DNA of 64,000 nt from contig CBDCTZ010000004.1 in NCBI GenBank assembly GCA_965222375.1, positions 1-64,000 of the forward strand. The letters run 5' to 3'. This stretch comes from Polyangiaceae bacterium (lineage in GTDB: Bacteria; Myxococcota_A; Polyangia; Polyangiales; Polyangiaceae). A model generated the notes under the pieces. It was given only the letters and a program-made list of their open reading frames with translations. It did not search any database and was not told the origin of the DNA. Positions 27,456 to 37,982 of the stretch are shown here, piece after piece (the stretch's first letter is position 1; every line of letters begins with the position of its first letter). A program made the translations under genes and the position numbers.

Positions 27456-28769
27456 TTGGCCCCAGAATCTCCAGCCGTTTCCGCCTACATACTTGCCGCA
27501 CTTCCCGCCCTGCTCGCGGCTTTCTTTGGAGCAGCCAGCGCCGCCATATCTGCGCTTTCCGTCGCGCGCCGTGTGGCCCTCAGGGATTCCTTGGAGGGAC
27601 GACCGCGCAAAGCACTGGATCGCTACCTCACCGAGGGGCGCGCCATCGAAGCGCGCTGGTTGGTGATTCGAGTTCTCGGCATTGCGGGGACGGCCATCTT
27701 GCTTAGTCAGCTTCTGCCGGTGCAGGGTCTCGGCAGCTGGGCACCCGTCGTGGCCGCCATGTGTGCGTTGGCACTTTATGGTTTGCCAGCGGAGATGCTG
27801 AAAGCGGTGGTGCTACGCAGCCCAGAAGTGAGCGCACCGAGGTTGTTGTCTGCGCTGCGCCCTTTCGAACTCTTGGCCATGCCCTTGGCAGCACCGCTGA
27901 TCGCGATGGGCCGCATGGTCGGAGAGTCCGTGCCCAAGGGCTCGTCGATACCTCCTGCTCGGGTCACGGAACAGGAAGTGGAGTTTTTGGTCGCCGAGAG
28001 TGAACAAAGCGGCGTTTTGGATCACGAGCAATCCGAGATGATTCGGAACGTTCTGGAATTTCGGGATCTCAAGGCCGGTGACGCCATGGTTCCCCGTACT
28101 CGGGTCATGGCCTTCGACGTCGACACGCCCACAGACGAGATCATTCGAGTCGCGACCGAAAACGGTCACTCGCGGTATCCCGTGTATCGAGATCGCATCG
28201 ACAACGTGGTCGGCGTGCTGCACATCAAGGACTTGCTCACGCGTCTCCACACCTCCACGGAGCCCGTGCCCGTCACCACGGTGATGCGCAAGCCTGTCGT
28301 ATTCGTGCCTGAGACGTATCCCGCCTCCGACGCCCTCAGCAACATGCGCGCGGGGCGCCACCATATGGCAGTCGTGATCGACGAACACGGCAGCTTCGCC
28401 GGCATCGTAACCCTCGAGGATCTGGTCGAAGAAATCGTGGGCGAAATCCGTGACGAACACGACACGGACGCGCCACCCATCGTGCGCCTCTCCAACGGTC
28501 GCTTGCTCGTCGACGCGTCGATCTCGATTGGAGACCTCGAACGCTACCTGGGCACGGACCTGCCCGAAGACGGCGACTACCACTCCCTAGGCGGCTTCGT
28601 CGTGGAGCGCTTGGGCCGAGTCCCGAGGCCAGGCGCCCGCTTTGTGGCTCAAGGCCACGAGTTCTTGGTCCGGGATGCCGACGCCCGGCACGTCTCCAAG
28701 GTGGAAATCGCCCCAACCCGGCACTCCCACCCGGACGGCGAGCCCGACAAGACCGTCAACGCCGCATAG
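27456..28769 (+). CDS. HlyC/CorC family protein (CNNM-CBS-CBS-CorC)
   Basis: N-terminal TMs, AMVPRT, GHSRYPVY, MAVVIDEHG..VTLEDLVEEIVGEIRDEHD. Confidence 0.92.
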   Translation: MAPESPAVSAYILAALPALLAAFFGAASAAISALSVARRVALRDSLEGRPRKALDRYLTEGRAIEARWLVIRVLGIAGTAILLSQLLPVQGLGSWAPVVAAMCALALYGLPAEMLKAVVLRSPEVSAPRLLSALRPFELLAMPLAAPLIAMGRMVGESVPKGSSIPPARVTEQEVEFLVAESEQSGVLDHEQSEMIRNVLEFRDLKAGDAMVPRTRVMAFDVDTPTDEIIRVATENGHSRYPVYRDRIDNVVGVLHIKDLLTRLHTSTEPVPVTTVMRKPVVFVPETYPASDALSNMRAGRHHMAVVIDEHGSFAGIVTLEDLVEEIVGEIRDEHDTDAPPIVRLSNGRLLVDASISIGDLERYLGTDLPEDGDYHSLGGFVVERLGRVPRPGARFVAQGHEFLVRDADARHVSKVEIAPTRHSHPDGEPDKTVNAA

Positions 28770-28953
28770 GTCAGCGCCCCCGCGCGTCCCATGGTGCGAG
28801 AGATCCAAGGCAGCGACCGCTGGCCCAAACTCAGCTCTGTTGCCATCCCCAAAAATCAGCAGGAGGGGTTGGCAACATAGCTGCCCTACTGCCCAGAGCG
28901 ACGCATATGCTGCTCTCCCCCGCGGGCGCGCACCGCTGGGGTGTCTAGGGGGC

Positions 28954-30093
28954 TCAGCCGGTACCGATGGTCTTTAGCTTCTCGCTCAAGACGTCACCGG
29001 TCTGGATCAAGCCGTCCTTCTCGCGGCCTGGCGTCTGATCCCCACGCAGCACGCGCTCCATGGTCGTGATCTCGCTGCGCAGCTTGACGATGACGTCCGA
29101 GGGGCAAACTTTGGCCTGGGTGCTCGGGTTCACCGGCACGATCTTCGGCTCTTCGCCACCTTTGCGCTTGGTTGGATCACCGCTCGAGTAGCGCTTGAGG
29201 GTGAACTCCTTGCTGCCCTGCTTGATCTTGAATTCAGCCGGCCACTTGTACTGCTTCTTTTTCTCACCCTTCTTGGGTTCACCCGGCTTGACCAAGAACG
29301 GCTTCGGCAGCGGCTGCATGCTGACCCACGGGCCATAGGGCCCGTTTTCGAAGAATACGGACCAGCGAACCTTGGGCGTGTCTTTCTGGGCGAGCACATC
29401 TTCCAGGGGCTTTTTGGCGCCGCTGAGGATGTTCCGGATCTTGTCCTTCTGCTCGTTGACCTGTTCCGCACCACTGGCGAAGGAGATCAACATGGTGACG
29501 ATCTGTGGCTTGAAGCGACCGATTCCGCGGCCCGTCAGGCTGGCGCCCGAGAAGGGAATGTCGATGCCTCCCAGCTTCTGCACTTCTTCCGCCGGGTACT
29601 TGTTGTCACCCAGTTTCGACCGCGCGCTCTTGAGCACGTCCGCCAGCTCTTCGACCTTGGCGTTGGCTTCGTCCACCTCTTTGGCCAAGTCCGAGGCGCC
29701 GGCGAGAGCTTTGTCTGCGCCCTTGCCGCGTTCGACGCCGCTGCCGACAGCGTAGCCGACCAGAGCGCCGACAATCGCAGCGACACCAGCCAGAGCGACG
29801 ATCTTGCCGCGCCCTTTCTTTTGAGCAGCGACGACCTCCTCGCTCATCTCGACTTTGATCGCCTGAGGTTCCGCGCGAGCGGGCGCTTGGTCCGCCGAAA
29901 TCGCCGTGTAGGGATTCGACGGATCAATCTTCGGCTTCTCCTGCGCCTTTTGTTGGGCGAACGGAGGTTGAGGAATTCCGCTAGGTTTCGGCAATCCGAC
30001 CGGCGGCGGGATGGACGGACCACCCGGCGCGGTCACCGTCTTCTTCCCGAGGCGGGCTTTGAGGTCGATTCTGGGCTTCTTTTCTTCGGCCAT
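28954..30093 (-). CDS. Hypothetical single-pass membrane protein with coiled coil
   Basis: MAEEKKPRIDLKARLGKK start, Pro-rich region, TM, helical Lys-rich C-terminal part; strong codon bias. Confidence 0.75.
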   Translation of the reverse strand: MAEEKKPRIDLKARLGKKTVTAPGGPSIPPPVGLPKPSGIPQPPFAQQKAQEKPKIDPSNPYTAISADQAPARAEPQAIKVEMSEEVVAAQKKGRGKIVALAGVAAIVGALVGYAVGSGVERGKGADKALAGASDLAKEVDEANAKVEELADVLKSARSKLGDNKYPAEEVQKLGGIDIPFSGASLTGRGIGRFKPQIVTMLISFASGAEQVNEQKDKIRNILSGAKKPLEDVLAQKDTPKVRWSVFFENGPYGPWVSMQPLPKPFLVKPGEPKKGEKKKQYKWPAEFKIKQGSKEFTLKRYSSGDPTKRKGGEEPKIVPVNPSTQAKVCPSDVIVKLRSEITTMERVLRGDQTPGREKDGLIQTGDVLSEKLKTIGTG

Positions 30094-30255
30094 GTTCGTT
30101 CGACTGGACAAAATGGGCGCGTTTAGCCCCGCCAGCGCGCGGGACACTAGCGGTGGCGGGACAAACCCGCAAGATTGAAACGATGTTTGGGTCTGGCCTT
30201 GGGTCTCGAAGCTATTTACGGAGCGGCCGGAGCCGGGCAGGCTGAGCGCCTTCCG

Positions 30256-31131
30256 ATGCGCGACCAAGCAGTTTCCGGCACCCTTTGTACGGACGACGGG
30301 GCCACGATCGCGTTCTACGACACCGGGGGCTCGGGCCCACCGATCATCCTGGCCAATGGCCTCGGGGGCCCGCTTCGAGCCTGGAAGCGCCAAATCGACT
30401 ATCTGAAGGACCGCTACCGAGTAATCAGTTGGGATTACCGGGGCTTATACAATTCGCCTCGGCCCGAAGGCACCAAGCCCCGCCTGGACGTAGCCACCCA
30501 TAGCCGAGACTTGGCCCGAGTCGCCGCCCACCTGGGTGTGGAGCGCTTCGCTGGGATTGGCTGGAGCATGGGGGTCCAGGTCCTCTTGGAACTCTACGAG
30601 ACCCGACCCGAGCTGCTGGGGCATCTAGTCCTGATCAATGGAACCTACGGCAAGCAGTGGATGACCTCGGCGCTGCCGCTAGTGAACAAGGTTCTGCCCC
30701 GACTCGCGCGAAGCGCGCGACGCTTCGACAACGTGGGCACCAGCTTGGTCAAGCGGGCAACCGACCAGCCGGAAACCGTCATGTGGCTCAAGCGCTTGAG
30801 GCTCGTTTCCTCGACATTGGATGAGGAGCTGTTTCGCGAGATCGCCGACGAGTTTTCCGGTTTGGATATGGGGCTTTACCTAGACATGTTGCGAGCGTTG
30901 GGTGAACACGATGCGGCGCGTATTCTCGAAGCCGTCGACATCCCAACTCTCGTCATCTGTGGTGATCGGGATCTCTTCACGCCCAAGGCGCAGGCGCTCG
31001 GCATGGCGAAGAAGATCCCCGGAGGTGAGTTGCTGGTCGTCCGTGGCGCTAGCCACTACGCGGCCTTGGAATACCCCGAGCTGGTGAACCTGCGCATCGA
31101 AAAGTTCTTTCGAGAGCACGGGCTGTCATGA
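30256..31131 (+). CDS. Alpha/beta hydrolase
   Basis: NGLGG, WDYRG, GWSMG nucleophile elbow, GDRD, SHY. Confidence 0.9.
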   Translation: MRDQAVSGTLCTDDGATIAFYDTGGSGPPIILANGLGGPLRAWKRQIDYLKDRYRVISWDYRGLYNSPRPEGTKPRLDVATHSRDLARVAAHLGVERFAGIGWSMGVQVLLELYETRPELLGHLVLINGTYGKQWMTSALPLVNKVLPRLARSARRFDNVGTSLVKRATDQPETVMWLKRLRLVSSTLDEELFREIADEFSGLDMGLYLDMLRALGEHDAARILEAVDIPTLVICGDRDLFTPKAQALGMAKKIPGGELLVVRGASHYAALEYPELVNLRIEKFFREHGLS

Positions 31132-31139
31132 ACCGCGCG

Positions 31140-31454
31140 CTACTGCGCTGTGGCTACGTAGCGCTCGATTCGCGCCAGGTCTTCGCTGGCCGCCACGAAC
31201 TCGAAAGCTTGGCTACGGCCGCGACGCCACACGCCCTGGGCCCAAACCCAGGCGCTATTCTTTTCCCCAGGTAGCCGAAGCTCCATGGAGAAGGACTGCA
31301 GCAAATCATCGGGCTCGCCAACGCTTCGAGCCAGGAGCCCGGTAGCGGAAAGGTCGAGGGTCTCGCACAAGTGCGGATGGCCCAGGATATACTTGTTGAA
31401 GAAGATGCGGATGGGCTTACGAAGGGCAGCGCGTCGGTCAAACATGGCATTCAC
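31140..31454 (-). CDS. PilZ domain protein
   Basis: RRAALR (RxxxR) and DLSATG (DxSxxG). Confidence 0.8.
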   Translation of the reverse strand: MNAMFDRRAALRKPIRIFFNKYILGHPHLCETLDLSATGLLARSVGEPDDLLQSFSMELRLPGEKNSAWVWAQGVWRRGRSQAFEFVAASEDLARIERYVATAQ

Positions 31455-31505
31455 ATGTTATCGGCGCGCTTGTCGCGCATGAAAGTTTCGGGAGTGTAAA
31501 AGCCC

Positions 31506-32105
31506 TTGTCTGCTGCCCGCAAAGCATCGCGTCTTCAGGACGTCGTGGTCATCGACAACTACGACTCCTTTACCTACAACCTCGTCCAGTACCTGGAGAG
31601 CCTCGGTGCCCGCTGCAGCGTCTGGCTGAACGACCGCTGCAGCGTCGAGCAGATCCGGACTGCAAGCCCGGCGGGGGTCCTGATCTCCCCGGGCCCGGGA
31701 ACGCCGGACGACGCCGGGATCAGCCTCGAGGTGATCCGCGAGCTATCCTCCGAATTGCCGATCTTTGGTGTGTGCCTGGGCCATCAGGCGATAGCTCAGG
31801 CCTTTGGAGGCAGTATCGTCCGAGCCGACCGGATCATGCACGGCAAAGTGAGCCAGATCCGCCACGGCGGCGAGGGCGTTCTGAGCGGGATCCCCTCGCC
31901 CTTTGCCGCAACCCGCTACCACTCGCTGATCGTGGATCCCGCATCTCTGCCGGACTGCTTGGAGAGCACCGCCAGCAGCGAGTGGGACGAAATCATGGGG
32001 CTCGTTCACCGCTCGCGGCCTTTAGTGGGAGTCCAGTTTCACCCGGAGTCCATTCTTACGGACCACGGCCTGAAGATCATGGAAAACTGGTTGAACGCCT
32101 TATGA
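31506..32105 (+). CDS. trpG: Anthranilate synthase component II
   Basis: IDNYDSFTYNL, SPGPG, GVCLGHQ, RYHSL, QFHPES; upstream of trpD. Confidence 0.92.
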   Translation: MSAARKASRLQDVVVIDNYDSFTYNLVQYLESLGARCSVWLNDRCSVEQIRTASPAGVLISPGPGTPDDAGISLEVIRELSSELPIFGVCLGHQAIAQAFGGSIVRADRIMHGKVSQIRHGGEGVLSGIPSPFAATRYHSLIVDPASLPDCLESTASSEWDEIMGLVHRSRPLVGVQFHPESILTDHGLKIMENWLNAL

Positions 32106-33133
32106 GCCACCCGAGCTTCCGCGACGTATTCGCCGAGGTCGCCAGCGACCGCGGTGCGAGCGGCGACTGCGTTCGCCAAGCTCTCGATGCCATCCTTTCC
32201 GGCGCCTGGACCCCAGTGCAGGTTGCCGGTTTCGCGGTCGCCCTGCGGATGCGAGGCGAAACGCCGGAGCAAATAGCGGCAGCCGCCCGGGCGCTGCGCG
32301 AAGCCATGGTCCCCTTGCCCCACACCTTTAGTGACGTGCTGGACACCTGCGGCACCGGCGGCGATGGCCTAGGCACCGTGAACCTTTCCACGACTGCAGC
32401 GCTGCTAGCCGCAGCCGCTGGCGTCCCCGTGGCCAAGCACGGCAACCGGGCGGTCAGCAGCCGCGCAGGCAGCGCAGACGTTTTCGAGGCCCTCGGCGTC
32501 CCAATCGACCTCAGCGTCGAGCAAGCAACGAAGGTGTTCGAGTCATCGAAGCTGGTCTTCTTGATGGCACCGACCCACCATCCAGCCATGCGCCATGGCG
32601 GCGTGGCGCGGCGGGAGCTCGGCATCCGAACCATCTTCAACTGCCTGGGCCCCTTGGCGAACCCGGCCGGCGCGACCCACCAGCTGCTGGGTGCCTATGA
32701 CGACGCACTTCGACCCGTGCTGGCCCAGACCCTGCAGGATTTGGGCACGAAGCGGGCGTGGATCGTGCGCGGAAAGGACGGGATGGACGAGGTCAGCCCT
32801 TATGCACCCACCAATGTGACTCGACTCGATGCAAGCGGGATCCGGGAGCAGGTCGTCACTCCCGAGGACTTCGGCTTCGCGACCAGCCCCCCGGGGGCCG
32901 CCCAGGGCGGGGATGCAGAGCACAACGCGGCGATCTTGAGGGCAGTCTTGAAGGGCGAGCAGCACCCCGCCCGGGACGCCATCGGGCTGAACGCGGCGGC
33001 TGCGCTGTGCGTCGCCCTGGGTCTGGAAATGAAGGAGGCCGGAGCACGCGTGGTCGAACTGCTCGACTCTGGCGCGGGCGCAGAAACCTTGGCAGCAATG
33101 CAGCGGGCCGCTGAAGCTCTGGGCGAGGCATGA
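32102..33133 (+). CDS. trpD: Anthranilate phosphoribosyltransferase
   Basis: DTCGTGGDG, KHGNRAVSS, RTIFNCLGPLANP; ATG 32102. Confidence 0.95.
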   Translation: MSHPSFRDVFAEVASDRGASGDCVRQALDAILSGAWTPVQVAGFAVALRMRGETPEQIAAAARALREAMVPLPHTFSDVLDTCGTGGDGLGTVNLSTTAALLAAAAGVPVAKHGNRAVSSRAGSADVFEALGVPIDLSVEQATKVFESSKLVFLMAPTHHPAMRHGGVARRELGIRTIFNCLGPLANPAGATHQLLGAYDDALRPVLAQTLQDLGTKRAWIVRGKDGMDEVSPYAPTNVTRLDASGIREQVVTPEDFGFATSPPGAAQGGDAEHNAAILRAVLKGEQHPARDAIGLNAAAALCVALGLEMKEAGARVVELLDSGAGAETLAAMQRAAEALGEA

Positions 33134-33894
33134 CACTGCTAGACGACATCTTGAACGCCAAGCGTGGTCGGCTCGAGCAGCTCCGGAAGGCCACCTTGCC
33201 CGAGCCCCCGCCGGCGCGGGCCGTAGCCCTGAAGCGAGGCAACGGCGAGGCCTTACGCATCATCGCGGAGATCAAGCATCGCTCGCCCTCGGCAGGAGCC
33301 CTCTCTACTGCGCTGAGGGTCGCGGAGCGTGCCCGTGCCTACGAGCGGGGCGGCGCCGCCATGGTCAGCGTCCTGTGCGACGAGACCTTCTTTGGCGGAT
33401 CCCTGCTGCATATGTCCGAGGCCCGAAGCGCGTGTGCGTTGCCAATCCTGTGCAAGGAGTTCATTCTCGACGTGGCGCAAATCGACGCGGCCCGCGCGCA
33501 TGGCGCCGACGTAGTTCTGCTGATCGTGCGCATCGTGGACGACTGCGACGAGCTGCGCAGGCTGCTAGACCACACCCGCGCCTTGGGCATGGAAGCGCTA
33601 GTCGAGGTCACGAGCCACAATGAAGCACGCCAGGCCTTGGACGCCGGCGCCGAGTTGGTCGGCGTCAACGCCAGGGATCTGGACACCTTGGAAATTAGTC
33701 TCCCCCGCGCGGCGAAGGTTCTGACCTCACTACCCGACTGGGTCACGCCCGTGCATTTGTCGGGGCTCTCCACTGCCCGAGATGTCGCTCGGGTAGCGTC
33801 ATCTTGCGCTCACGCAGCATTGGTGGGCGAAGCGTTGATGCGCTGCGACAATCCGGAGCCGCTGCTTCGGCAGCTCTGCGCGTCCACCCGCTGA
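33130..33894 (+). CDS. trpC: Indole-3-glycerol phosphate synthase
   Basis: IIAEIKHRSPSAG, PILCKEFI, GVNARDL, LVGEALM. Confidence 0.92.
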   Translation: MTLLDDILNAKRGRLEQLRKATLPEPPPARAVALKRGNGEALRIIAEIKHRSPSAGALSTALRVAERARAYERGGAAMVSVLCDETFFGGSLLHMSEARSACALPILCKEFILDVAQIDAARAHGADVVLLIVRIVDDCDELRRLLDHTRALGMEALVEVTSHNEARQALDAGAELVGVNARDLDTLEISLPRAAKVLTSLPDWVTPVHLSGLSTARDVARVASSCAHAALVGEALMRCDNPEPLLRQLCASTR

Positions 33895-33941
33895 GCCGAC
33901 CACAATTGGCGAGGATTGCTCGGGTCCACTAGGATCTGCCA

Positions 33942-34844
33942 ATGCGCCTCGACGCATGCGTTGACAGCTACCTTGACCACCTTCGGGTGGAGCGCGGGCT
34001 ATCGCCAAACACGGTGCTGGCTTATGGCCGAGACCTCGGCAAGTGGGTAACCTACGCGGACGAGTCGGCCGTGACCCGGATCCAGGACGTGGACCTAGGT
34101 GTCGTGTCTGGCTGGCTGCGGAGTCTGTCCAAGAGCGGCATCTCAGCGCGGAGCGCCGCGCGCCACCTGTCCGCCCTGCGCGGTCTGATGCGATTCTTGA
34201 GCAAGGAAGGCGTCATCAGCGCAGACGCAACCAGCTTGTCAAGCCGACCGCGCTTCGGTCGCAAACTGCCACACACGCTTTCCGAGTCAGAGCTGCGGCG
34301 GCTGATATCCGCTCCGCCACCCTCGACGCTGCGAGGCCTGCGGGATCGGGCCATGCTGAGCATGGCCTACGCAGCTGGACTCCGAGTTAGCGAACTCATC
34401 GGACTACGCTGGGCCGACGTGGACACATCGCGGGGTGTCGTGGCGGTGACAGGCAAGGGCAACAAGCGCCGACTCGTACCCCTCGGTGAGGTGGCGATCT
34501 CCCACCTGGAGAGTTTCGCCGTGGAGCAGCGCGCTCAGCCCACGCGCAACAAGAAGAAGGCTGAGTCGGCGTACGTATTCCCTTCACCTCGAGGGGGGAA
34601 GCTCACCCGCCAGGCTGCCTGGAAGATCGTCAAGCGCTGCGCCCGAGCAGCGGGACTGGGGCGCAGCGTGTATCCCCATCAGCTGCGCCACTCCTTCGCG
34701 ACACACCTGCTTGCCGGGGGCGCGGACCTACGCTCGGTTCAGCTGATGTTGGGCCACAGCGATGTCGCCACGACCGAGATCTACACCCACGTTAGCCGTG
34801 ACCACGTCACCCGCGCCCACCGTCGAAGCCACCCTCGGGGCTGA
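33942..34844 (+). CDS. xerD: Site-specific tyrosine recombinase XerD
   Basis: LRVERGLSPNT, GLRVSEL, GKGNKRRLVP, HQLRHSFATHLL, LGHSDVATTEIYTHV, HPRG end. Confidence 0.92.
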   Translation: MRLDACVDSYLDHLRVERGLSPNTVLAYGRDLGKWVTYADESAVTRIQDVDLGVVSGWLRSLSKSGISARSAARHLSALRGLMRFLSKEGVISADATSLSSRPRFGRKLPHTLSESELRRLISAPPPSTLRGLRDRAMLSMAYAAGLRVSELIGLRWADVDTSRGVVAVTGKGNKRRLVPLGEVAISHLESFAVEQRAQPTRNKKKAESAYVFPSPRGGKLTRQAAWKIVKRCARAAGLGRSVYPHQLRHSFATHLLAGGADLRSVQLMLGHSDVATTEIYTHVSRDHVTRAHRRSHPRG

Positions 34845-34996
34845 AACCGTCCGGCGCAGCCCAAGCCCGTAGGCCGGACCAGAGACGCACATGAGGGGGT
34901 GAACGGGAAGGGAGGGAAAGAGGCCGAGGGCTAGCGTAGCCTTGGCGTCTCTAGCGCGCTAGAAGGAGCGTCCCTCTGCCCACTGGCGCCGTCATC

Positions 34997-35812
34997 GTGT
35001 ACTTCCAAGTTCATCAGCCCGCCTCTGCTCCGACTCCAGTAGTGGTAGAAGTGCCCCACGCCGGGTTGGAGGTCGATCCCCAAGCGCTCGCGACATTGAT
35101 CGCACCCGCGCGGGCCCTGGGGTTGGACGCCGACCTCTTGGTCGACGAGCTGTTCGCAGATGCGCCCAACCTCGGCGCAACGTTGCTGAGCGCTCGAGTC
35201 AGTCGTTACATCTGCGATCTCAACCGGGGTGAAGACGACGTCGACGGACGCAGCGTGGAAGGCGGCGGTGCAGAGCCGTATCCCCACGGCCTCGTTTGGC
35301 GCCGCACGACGGACGACTTGCCGGCGCTCACCCACGCCCTGCCTCGGTCTGAATTTAAGCGGCGTTTGCGCCAGATCTACCGCCCCTACCACAGCGCCCT
35401 GCGGGGGCTGCTTCATGCCACGCGCGAGCGTTTCGGCTATGTGATCCTGCTGGCGGGTCACTCCATGCCCAGCAGGGGTCGGCGGGGCCACGTGGATCCT
35501 GGACGCACCCGCGCGGACGTCGTGCCGGGCAGTCAGGGCCGCACGACCGCCTGCCCTGCGGTGATCGACTGCGTCGAGCAGGTGTCACGGAGGCAAGGGT
35601 TCAGTGTCAAACATGACGACCCATACCGCGGTGGTTACACCACGGCGACCTACGGGAAGCCCTCCGACGGCGTCCACGCTGTGCAAGTGGAGCTCAGCCG
35701 GAGCCTGTACATGGACGAGCAGAGCCTCTGCAAAAAAGACAATGAGTTCAAACGCTTACGCGAACTATGCGGCGCTATGGTGGCAGAGTTGGGAGCCCTT
35801 GAGCTAGCATGA
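34997..35812 (+). CDS. N-formylglutamate amidohydrolase family protein
   Basis: VEVPHAG, SRYICDLNR, PYH, HSMPS, PYRGGY, QVELSRSLYMDE. Confidence 0.9.
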   Translation: MYFQVHQPASAPTPVVVEVPHAGLEVDPQALATLIAPARALGLDADLLVDELFADAPNLGATLLSARVSRYICDLNRGEDDVDGRSVEGGGAEPYPHGLVWRRTTDDLPALTHALPRSEFKRRLRQIYRPYHSALRGLLHATRERFGYVILLAGHSMPSRGRRGHVDPGRTRADVVPGSQGRTTACPAVIDCVEQVSRRQGFSVKHDDPYRGGYTTATYGKPSDGVHAVQVELSRSLYMDEQSLCKKDNEFKRLRELCGAMVAELGALELA

Positions 35813-36777
35813 CGGGGTCTCCCCAACCCATGGGCAGCGTAAATACAGCCGCGAGCACCGAGCGAGGCCCGACTTCCGGGGTTCATCCCGCGGTAGCACC
35901 TCCGAAGCCGCTTCTAGCGTCTGAGGTGCTACGCGAGGAGCTCGCTCCGCTGCAGCCCCTGAACCCGCGGTGCCGGATTTGGTTCGCGGGTCTCGCTGTC
36001 GCGCTCGCGCTTCTAGCGTGGGCCGTACGCGCCGGTCTCGGGGCCCCATCCCTGAGCTCTGAGGATGCAACGCTCGGGTTTTCTGCAGCCGGTGCTCTGC
36101 TGGCGATCGCAGCCCTCCCCTTTCCCTACGCGGCGCGCGCCGGCCTGGTGGCGATCGTGGGCGGGGTCCTCGTGGTTCTGGGCCTGCGAGGCGCAGGTCC
36201 CCTAGCCGGGCTTGCCGTCGATGGCGGTTGGCTGCGAGCCAGCGCTCGTCTGATCACCATGACGCTGTTGCCAGCGGCTCTACTGTTCCGCGCCCACTAC
36301 AGAGCGTATGCACGCGCCCGGCACCTGCTAGTGGCCGCACTTCTGTTCAGCACGCCGTTCCTCATCATGGAGGCCAGTCTGGCGTTGGACTCTGGGGCGC
36401 CGATGATCATGCGCATCGCGTCCACGGTTAGCGTGGCGATGGTGTGCTGCGCACTCTTCGGTTTCATGGGAGAAGGCACCACCGGGCTGAGCGGTGTTTG
36501 GGCGGGCCTGCTCTGGCTGGTGCTCGCAGGAGATATTGCCCTGCGTCAGATGACCGTGCTGGCCGACGCCCAAACCGGATACTTGACCTACCCGACCACC
36601 GCGGTGGGCGTGCTAGCTGCGGGCGTGCTCACGAGTTTGGGTATATTTCAGCTGGCTGCCGCCAGCCTGGCGCCGGAGGCTCGGCGGCTGTCCCTACCTG
36701 GAAGAGCCGCGGAATCTATCTCTACGCCCAGCCCAGCCCCGGTTTCTGGGGGCCGCTTGAACGGCCCAAACTCTTGA
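35809..36777 (+). CDS. Polytopic membrane protein of unknown function
   Basis: About 8 hydrophobic segments; ATGA overlap with the upstream gene. Confidence 0.7.
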   Translation: MTGSPQPMGSVNTAASTERGPTSGVHPAVAPPKPLLASEVLREELAPLQPLNPRCRIWFAGLAVALALLAWAVRAGLGAPSLSSEDATLGFSAAGALLAIAALPFPYAARAGLVAIVGGVLVVLGLRGAGPLAGLAVDGGWLRASARLITMTLLPAALLFRAHYRAYARARHLLVAALLFSTPFLIMEASLALDSGAPMIMRIASTVSVAMVCCALFGFMGEGTTGLSGVWAGLLWLVLAGDIALRQMTVLADAQTGYLTYPTTAVGVLAAGVLTSLGIFQLAAASLAPEARRLSLPGRAAESISTPSPAPVSGGRLNGPNS

Positions 36778-36785
36778 GCTAGGGT
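36757..36785 (+). promoter_or_regulatory. Sigma-70-type promoter of rpmB
   Basis: TTGAAC-17 nt-TAGGGT, 13 nt before the ATG. Confidence 0.6.
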
Positions 36786-36798
36786 CCCGGCCCTCAAA

Positions 36799-37023
36799 AT
36801 GGCACGTAGCGATATCACCGGTCAGCGGCGCATGCGCGCACGCAACGTTTCCCACTCGAACATCAAGACTCCGCGTTGGCAGAACGTCAACGTGCAGCGG
36901 AAGCGACTGTGGGTACCCGAGCTCGGGCGCTACGTCACGCTGAAGCTCACCGCGTCCGAGTTGCGCACCGTCGACAAGATCGGACTCGTCGCGTTCGCAA
37001 AAAAGCACGGCGTCGCGATCTAG
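36799..37023 (+). CDS. rpmB: 50S ribosomal protein L28
   Basis: DITG..NVSHSNIKTPRWQNVNVQRKRLW..LRTVDKIG. Confidence 0.93.
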   Translation: MARSDITGQRRMRARNVSHSNIKTPRWQNVNVQRKRLWVPELGRYVTLKLTASELRTVDKIGLVAFAKKHGVAI

Positions 37024-37982
37024 GACGAGCTGCCGCGCTCGACCGCCTTGGTGCTCGGCTCTCGCCGCAAGCAAAAGCGGTTCGCGTTCTCGTGATCGAG
37101 TCGGGCCGACGACGGCGTCGCCATGACCTCGACCCACGCGCCCTTCGAATCCGAGAGCACTCCGATAGCCGCGGGCGCCGGAATGCATGCGCCTGGAGCA
37201 ACACGCCGCTTGCCGCGACGGACCGGCGCACCCGCCAGTGGAACATCGAGTTCCAACTCATCCAAAGTGTAGCCGTCAACCAGGCGGCGATAGGTCAGCG
37301 CCGCCAGCTGGCCCCGCACGTCGGCTGCGATGACTGCGGCGCCAGCTCCCAGCGCGCTCGCGTCTGCATCCGCGCCCGACTCTTCCCAAGGTGGCGCGAA
37401 CAGCTTCCCGGACGGATGGGGCAACTGAGTCGCTTCTCGATCCACGTCGCTGACCTTGCTGAAGTCGGTCGGGGTGAGGAGTCCGCCTTGGCTCGGACCG
37501 GCAACCCGCAACATGGACCTTACGAAACTGGTGTCCGAAAAGGTCGCGGCGCCACTGCTTCGAACCTGTCGCAAGAGTGAAGAGCGGGCATCGGCGCCGG
37601 CACGCGCGGCGCGCTGGATCCCCGGCCGCAAGATGCTGGCCAGGGACTGGCCGCCGTCGTAGGCGTACGCGACCATGGCCGCGGGAATGCTGGCGGGCAC
37701 GGCTATCTTCGCCTGGTCCGGCACGTCGTCCTCGGCCTTTAGACCTCTCGGTCGCTTGCTGCCCTGCCCGGGCTGCCGCAGGCGCCCGTCGAACGCCCGG
37801 GCACCCCGTCCCGTGCCCGCGACGAGTATCGAGATCGGACCCATCAGAACGCCCCCATAAGCGCCCGCAGCGGCGAAAAAGCCACACAGGACTGCACCCG
37901 TGGCAGAACCCGAGGCGGCGAGGTAATCGTTCGCAGCCTCCTCCACGATAGGATCGTTCGCGACGGCCAAGGCTCGGATCAT
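37020..37982 (-). CDS. Short, degenerate gamma-glutamyltransferase-like protein
   Basis: N-terminal AVANDP..GSATGAV, FDGRLRQPG, IAVP, GGLLTPTDF, AADVRGQLAAL segments resemble GGT; catalytic Thr not evident. Confidence 0.55.
   Translation of the reverse strand: MIRALAVANDPIVEEAANDYLAASGSATGAVLCGFFAAAGAYGGVLMGPISILVAGTGRGARAFDGRLRQPGQGSKRPRGLKAEDDVPDQAKIAVPASIPAAMVAYAYDGGQSLASILRPGIQRAARAGADARSSLLRQVRSSGAATFSDTSFVRSMLRVAGPSQGGLLTPTDFSKVSDVDREATQLPHPSGKLFAPPWEESGADADASALGAGAAVIAADVRGQLAALTYRRLVDGYTLDELELDVPLAGAPVRRGKRRVAPGACIPAPAAIGVLSDSKGAWVEVMATPSSARLDHENANRFCLRREPSTKAVERGSSS

Noticed and set aside
33942..34844. Tyrosine recombinase as a phage or integron integrase
   Set aside because: Has XerD-specific motifs and core-gene context; no att or attC sites or cargo seen.
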